Below, in pieces: positions 56,397 through 64,000 of a stretch of DNA of 64,000 nt. The first letter of the stretch is position 1; each line of letters opens with the position of its first letter. Source of the DNA: Paramecium tetraurelia (taxonomy: Eukaryota); NCBI GenBank assembly GCA_000165425.1, contig CT868141.1:310001-374000 (forward strand). The letters are read 5' to 3'. A model generated the notes under the pieces. It saw nothing but the letters and a program-made list of their open reading frames with translations, was not told the origin of the DNA and searched no databases. Position numbers and translations under genes: made by a program.

Positions 56397-59300
56397 ATGC
56401 TGTATAGGATTATTGAAAAGGTCTATAAACAAATTCCATTGAAGTACCAATAGAGACTAAAAGATATAGAATTCGAAAACTCATAAACTATGAGAGTAAA
56501 ATATGATCATATAATAGATTGAATTTACTAATGGAATAGTCCAAAAAACTTACAATTATGAGGTGTTATCAAACAAAATCCAATTGATCCAAGTATTATT
56601 AGTTTTAACTAGGCCTCTACTGTAATCAAAGAAATAGTTAGAATTTTCCTGAAATTGGAAACTCTCCCTATATTTCCTTTAATTTATTTACTTACTTTAC
56701 CAGAATTATTTTGGTCCGAATTCTTTATTACAATGTACACTATGATGTGTTTATTAATGGATATGGCTTTTTCATACTTGATTCTCTTTTACAATATTAA
56801 ATAAAGGTGGAAATTCGAAGAGAACATTAATACATAAAAATGTCGAATCCTATCTGATATAGATTAATTGCTCTAAACCTAAAACAAAAAGCCCTCGAAT
56901 AAAATTGAATGGTAGCAATTAAAAGTCGGTCAAATTGTTTGTCTAAAAAAGGGATAAAAGTGTCCAGCAGATATTTTGATTTTAGAGTCAAGTTAAGAAT
57001 AGGTATTAATAGATTTTAAGTTCAAATAACCATGCCCTTGCACTTATATTAATGAGGCTTCAAAGACGAAAGGAATAATGACGAAGTTCTTAATAAATTT
57101 AAGTGGATGGATCTAGTTTTAAAGTTGTAAATAAGGTACTATAAAATTAAAAAACGATCCAAAAGCTACTTAATTTACAGAAGCAAACATTATTAATAGA
57201 GGATAAATTTTGAATCAAACTGATTGGATTTTTGGAATTGCAATCTAGGTTGGACATGGATGCTTTTAATAAAGAGATCGATATTACAATTGGAACCACT
57301 ACAATTAGAATAGCTTTTATTTATTTCTGATAAATATTCTAATTTTCTTGATTCTTTTAATTCCAAAATTAATCAGTCAACAATATTATGAATTCCCCTC
57401 TTATCAAAATTCTATAATAATGTGTCTATTACTATTACCTTAAAATTACTTTTTAATAAATTAAGTTTGGTTACTAATACATCAGGTAAATATAAATAAA
57501 TTAGAAATCAAAGAATCTAATGACAAAAAATAACCATAAATTTAATAACCACAACAATAATTTTTGGAGTAACCTGATCCTATTCTATAGGAATATGATA
57601 AGAAGGTGCTCATTTAGATTTAAAAAGTGGCATCAACAAATAATTCTGTTGTTAATATTGCTTTAAATAAAAAAAATCCAGCTCAATGTAAAATTTATCA
57701 ATATAATCAATTAACAAATTAGAATATTTTAGAATTTATGAAAACAGATGTTATAGTTTTTGAAAATCCTTAAAAAATATTAAAAGAAAATGTTAGAGTT
57801 TGTTTAATCATTTAAGACAAATTTAGATACTATTTTAATTATGAAAAATTATAAAACCTAATTGAAAAAGCTACTCCAAGTTAAAAGCAAAATTATGATA
57901 AATTGCTTTTAGATACCAATAGGTTTTAAGCCTATGATGAATAAAAAACTTAGGATATAGATTTATTACTGGCAGAGAAGCAATAGCCATCTTTAAGAAT
58001 TGTAGAAGAAAAAAAAACATTCTAGAAAATAGGATTCTTAAAAGATTAAAATAAGGTATGCCTTTAACAAAAAGAATTGAAAGATTCTAAAGAACTAAAA
58101 AAATAAACTACTGACATGTAAAAATTTAATCCTTATACCTCTTTTCGAAAATAAAGTGTGAGGAACTTATTCCAATCTAATACACTTGCCTAACAATAAA
58201 AAGATGTTTCGTTACCTTCATAATCTTAGAATATTATTTCACATTAGAATTCACCTCAAATCTAAAGGTAAAGAAGTAGTCACCATCTTTCTTAATCTTA
58301 AATACACACTAATAATAAATCATAGGGAGGATCATTAAAAAACATCATTCCTACATAATAAGATTTGAGTAATGATTAAATCGTTGGGGATGTATATAAT
58401 GAATAAGATTTCATAAGTAAATTATTTAACAAATCTGATGTAATATCAAATGAAATTTTAATCGTTTTATTAATCTGTAATAATATTGAAAGTGTTTATA
58501 ATAAGAAAGAAAAAAAAATTGAAAATCTTTATTATAATTCTCTGGATGAATCAATTTAAGATTTTGTAAAGATATTTGATTACAGATTTATTTCAAGTTC
58601 CACTATTGATAATTTTAAGGTTGAATATAAACAAGATCAAATCATAAAGAAGGCTGTATCCATATAAGGAGTTGTTAAAATTTTTGATATTATAGCATTA
58701 TTGTAGCCAACAGAAAATCGATAGAATACATTATCCATTTTAGTAAAAGATCCCGAATCATTTGAATTAGATGAAGGAGCATTATTATACACGAGACAAG
58801 AAATCTGTGAAAAGAATTATAACAATTAAAGATTTCCATAAACTAACGAGATTATAGAAGAGTTGTTTTGGGATGGATAGAAGTCTATTAAATATTTAAA
58901 AAAATAACTTGATTTCTAACAAACATAATAATTCCTCAATAAATTAAACACTATAAACGAAACATATGGAAATAGAGAGGAAGAATTAGATGATCTTTAC
59001 TAATAGATTGAATAGGACAGTTAATTGTTCTTTATTTTAGGATTGAAGTAATTCATACCTATGAAAACTTAATTAGTATCTTAAGAAATTTGTAATAACA
59101 ATCTTAAATAAGAAAAATTATTTTAAACTATTTTAGAACACAATTATAAAACTTGTTTTGTGATTGATACGTATGAAGAATTAATGTCCTTTTTAAGAAC
59201 TTATCACATATCGTAAAAAAATTCAATCAATTTATTTCTAGAAGTCAATTCAATTCAGTATAAATTTAGATAATCTATTCAAAATTTAATAGAAAAATAA

Positions 59301-62300
59301 AATATTTTTGAACCATCTTAATAAAAATTAATTGAAAATTTTATTGTCATAAATGCTGAAACACTTGAGGCAATTGTAAAAGATGATTATCTAAAATATC
59401 ATTTTGTTGTGCTCTTTTATTTTTCATAAGGAGTTGGAGCTTATTAATTAGATGAGAAATAGAAAGGGAAACTTTTAAAATTGATTACCATTACTGAAAG
59501 ATATATAACTTCTATTGGTTCAGGATTAGACAATTAATATTTTTTTTATAAATCGAATTACTCCTTTAATTTATTAACTTAAGATCCATAATGTGCACTT
59601 TCTAACCCAAATTTTTTAATCACAAAAGTTGATTAAATGTTTAAATTACTATTTTTTTATTGTCCATCCACTTATTTAAATTATGAAGCTATAATTTTAA
59701 TCTAAATATATAGAGGATTTTTATTTGGGTTTTTATCTTATATGATCGACTATTAAAATCCATTTCATACATTAAATGAATTAATTTTCTTTTATTTAGT
59801 CCCATGCAATATAGCTACATGTATTTTAAATTATGAAAATTTCATTCATTAAAACAAATTTGATAATAATTAATTCGAAATATATAGAATGAGATTGGAG
59901 CTCATTAAAAATAGTAATATTTATCTTAAAATAATTAAAATAATATTTTTAGCATTGATAGATTCTATTTTAGTTGAAATTTGTTTTAACATATTTGATA
60001 TAATCTAAAATTAAGAATTGGAAAACTATTCGCTGTTTATGTTCATAATCCTTGAATTAATTGAAAAGCAAAAATATTTTATAACAAAATTAAACTCATA
60101 TTATGACTTAGGAAAAATGCTTAAGTTAACATTCTCTTACCTAATTTTATTATTTTTATTAGCATTAGTATATGGTCTTTTGGTCACAGATATAATTTAT
60201 TAATTATCAAACATAAATTTTATTTTTTGGATATTTGGACTAATCTTTGCATTATCAATCTCTTATGTGTTATAAAAAATTTTAATTACAACAGAATTTA
60301 GCTTCCCTTGCAATAATGATATCCAATTTCATATTGAGCATCAAAATTAAATAAAGTAGCTGAATCAATTTTTTAAATAATAGAACAAAAATAATTTAAA
60401 TGAAGCAAAATAGTTTATAGAAAAATTATTTGAAGGAAAGGATTTTATGGATGAATGCCTTTTAAAGAAAATTAAGGGAGATTAATAAATGACTGATCAA
60501 ATGGAAAAAGACTTAAAATTTACAGATAAAATAACAGAAAAGGATTTTCTAAATTCACTCAAGCCATAGAATAAATATATTTATTTTATTTATGAACTAA
60601 CTATATTTGGAATCAGAATCTATTAATAAATCAACAATCTTCAGATAGCGTATCTAGTTATTTCTGTAGTTTAATTTGTAGTAATGAGTCTGTTGCCTTT
60701 AATTTAAATATCTAAATTTAAACCTTTAGTCTTACTTAGTTTAAGATTTTTATTTTTCATTGTACTACATGCATTATTGGATACTAACCTAAATGAAATT
60801 TTAATGTTTATGATTTCTATTTCTTTGGCTCATCATCCTTTATTAGGAATTTATGGATACTATTGTGTTTGCTTTATTTCTACAATATTAGATATGTTCA
60901 TGGTTGGAATATTTAATGATGCTAATCCCTATTATATTCTAAATCATGGATTAATTCTTATAGAAATGAGCCTTCCACTAATATTTCAGGTTTATAAAAC
61001 AGAATTCCTCTAAAGATATTAATATATCTTGTAAAATAAACTATTAGATGAGTATAAAAAGCTAAATGATGCCCTAGGTCTGTTGATGCCTCGATTCATA
61101 AAAGAAAGAATGTCAAAAGGATAGATATAAATATCAGAAGATTAAGGAGATGTCGCCATTTTATTTTGCGATATTTATGATTTTGATGACATTATCAGAA
61201 ATGAATAAATCAAAGTTGTTGAATTTTTAGATAATTTGTATCGTCAATTTGATTAATTCTGTTAAGCAAATGAATTGTAAAAAATTGAAACGGTAGGAAA
61301 GACCTATATGGCAGCAGGTGGGTTAAAAGATTATAATATGTCTGATAATTTGAATCCAACTGAAAGAATTTTAGATGCTGCTCTTTAGATGCAGGAAAGT
61401 GTTAAAACTATGAAATATGGAGATAAAAAGGCTGTAATTCTTAAAATTGGTATACACTATGGTAGAGTTATTGCAGGAGTAATAGGGGCTCATAAGCCAT
61501 AATTTTCATTAATAGGAGATACTGTTAATACAACAAGTAGAGTTTGCTCAACATCTGAACCAGGAATTATAACTCTAAGTTAGTAAGCATATGAGAAAGT
61601 TAGTAATAAAAAATATTAATTTAAATTAAGAGAGGTTGAAGCTAAAGGTAAAGGAACTATAAAAACCTATTAGTTTATTAAAAGCAATAAAAAATAATAG
61701 TAAGTTATTCTGAAGGTTGCTGATGATGTGTCGAAATCTCCAAATCCACATTTGTAAAATTAGATGTTCAAAAAAATACAAGAAAATTTGAAGAATAAGC
61801 AAAACACTATATTAAAAAAGGTTTCTTTAAATGAAGAAAAATAAGATGCCGGTCCAATAACAATATAAAATACTAATGTGAACGTAAATACAAAGTTAAT
61901 ACCTAATGTAACTCCTTAATCAATATAACCAATGATAAGAGCATCCTCTAGGTCAGTATTTAATTCTTCATACTAAATGGGATTATTTACACCAAATGAA
62001 TAGGAATAAGAAAATAATAATATTAATAATAACAATAATAATAACAATAATATAAATATTAATAATAATATTAATAATAATAATAATATTATTATAAATA
62101 ACAATAGTAACAATAATAATAACAATAATAACATAATAAATAAATTTGAAGAAAAAGAAAAATTTAATATTAATAATATTTAAGGCGATGGATTAAAATC
62201 GAGCATTCCTTTAGGAGGCTATGCTGCAGTAGGCTCATATACAAAAAGAATTTCAAATCTAGCCTTAGAATTAAATGCTACTAAATCAAGAAAATCAGTT

Positions 62301-63928
62301 TATAAAAGGGCTGGTACTAAAACAAATATAACTGATTAAGAGCAGCTCTTAGGAATGGGTACAAGCGGTTAGAAATTGGCAGAAAGTGTAAGAGCTGAGT
62401 TGCCTGGTGTTAAAAGAAAGAGAACAAGAATAATTATTGAAAAATAAATGGATTTTATAGATAGGATTGAATCTTTATCAGCTCACAAGACCCCAAAAGA
62501 GTTGAAAATCTAATCTCATATGGATGAATTGGAAATAAGAAAACTAATTGATATAGAAGATAGCATTTATTAAAATGAATTTGACTTAAAAAATGTGGAA
62601 GAAAAGGTTGAATTATAAAAGTATGGTATTTAAGAGTCTGATTATAAAAGTGATAGTCATGATACATACTTTTCAATATATGATCAATATAAAGATTTTG
62701 ATATAAAATAGGTAAAGATTTTTATTGTTTTTATCGTAATATTATTGATAATAAAGAATTTGTTTTATTATTTATTATCAACAGTGAGTGAAAGATTATA
62801 GGTGATAATTATTTGTTAATCAGTAATTAGTTTGATACTTTCAATAATAATTTATCATTTAAAGAAGATATTAGCATTGAAATTACTCATAGGATTCTAT
62901 TTCCTAATATTTTGCATAATTAATATTTTAATTATCTCTATTCATAATATAGAAATGGAAATATTCTTTTAGATAAGTCAAATAACTGCTGTTTATTTGA
63001 ACTTATTTTATTTATAGATTTACAATCGAATGGATCGAATAAAATTATCAACTGTATACACAATATTAATCTTAATTAATTTATTATATAATGAATATAT
63101 TTTGGATATTATTCTTTTTACAATTTGCATACTAGTTTCAAGTTTATTAATTCAAGAAAAGGAGTTGAAGTTACTAGCTGAAAATTATTAATGCTTTTCA
63201 TAATTTGAATCCAAAAATGCAAAATAAACATAGATTTTATAATATCTATTGCCTTAACACATAATAGGTAGATTCTTTTCAACAGACATCACTACAACAG
63301 ACAACTTCACTGATGTTTTTGAAAATTGTACAATTTTGTTTGCTGATATTGCAGGATTTACAAAATATTCAAGTTCAGTAGAGCCAGAATAAGTAGTTAA
63401 TATGCTGAGAATATTATTTTAATAATTTGATGAAGCCTGCCAAAAATTTCAAGTTTACAAATTATACACAATTGGAGATTGCTATGTGTGTATGGGTATT
63501 ATAGATGCAAATAATAGAGATCCTGTTGGAGAAGTATTTAAATTATAAATTAATAGGCAATCAATGTAGTTCTATTTGGATTAAAAATGATACAGATTAT
63601 CCAATAGATTAATAAAGATCCTTAGTTTTAACACTTAAATATGAGGATTGGAGCACATACAGGGAGAGTTATAGGAGGTGTTGTAGGAACGGATGTTGTT
63701 AGGTATGATATTTATGGAGAAGATGTTACAACAGCCAATAAGATGGAATCAAAGGGACAAGAAGGTAAAATAATGGTAAGCTAAGCAACAAAGGATTTGA
63801 TAGAAAGTGATGATGAATGCATCGGTATTTTCGATTTTGAATTTGCTTAAGATGTTTATTTGACTTAAAATAATACTACAATATCTACTTATTTTGTAAA
63901 CTTTGATTAAAATGGCGATGATTAATGA
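56397..63928 (+). CDS. Alveolate-type guanylyl cyclase: N-terminal P4-ATPase-like domain, TM blocks and two cyclase domains
   Basis: IEWQQLKVGQIV...CPADILIL; NIINRGQILNQTDWIFG; C1 ILFCDI...KIETVGKTY...QFSLIGDTVNTTSR; C2 ILFADIAGFT...YTIGDCY...RYDIYGEDV. Confidence 0.93.
62012..62142 (+). repeat. AAT/AAC microsatellite encoding a poly-Asn tract in the cyclase
   Basis: Imperfect in-frame (AAT/AAC/ATT)n run. Confidence 0.9.
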
Positions 63929-64000
63929 ATCATTATTATATTTTAAATTAAACTAATCTTTATTATACATGATTTCATTTATTTTTCTTAATCTTCTTAA

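Noticed and set aside
56521..56563. In-frame TGA (selenocysteine or readthrough) in the cyclase
   Set aside because: It disappears once the 22-nt and 20-nt introns are used.

Overview
Gene-dense, very AT-rich eukaryotic DNA from a ciliate macronuclear genome, most likely Paramecium. This is inferred from three things: TAA/TAG must be read as Gln with TGA as the only stop, introns are 20-30 nt GT..AG, and intergenic spacers are often 20-60 bp. The supplied ORF track uses the standard code and misses nearly all real genes. Re-reading with ciliate code 6 gives about 37 protein genes. These include a histidine kinase, a ZNF830-like protein, an RRP6L3-like exonuclease with an HNH-like domain, RSP3, a nucleoside hydrolase, an ERK7/MAPK15-like kinase, PKG, RPC3/POLR3C, an alpha/beta hydrolase, MORN and Pumilio proteins, an INCENP-like protein, TTLL, SNF1/AMPK-like and NAK kinases, DYNC2LI1, p24, a tandem CCCH protein, uL4m, BLD10/CEP135 and a P-type-ATPase/guanylyl cyclase fusion. 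There are two assembly gaps. I found no RNA gene, transposon or CRISPR array, and nothing I can defend as a wholly new multi-gene system. The best leads are the exonuclease-HNH fusion, 21-35 bp head-to-head spacers sharing TTAATTTAATTA, a PKG intron that only works with a GT..TG boundary, and a cyclase ATPase domain that has lost its catalytic motifs. Coordinates were translated by hand and family calls come from motif recognition, not database searches.
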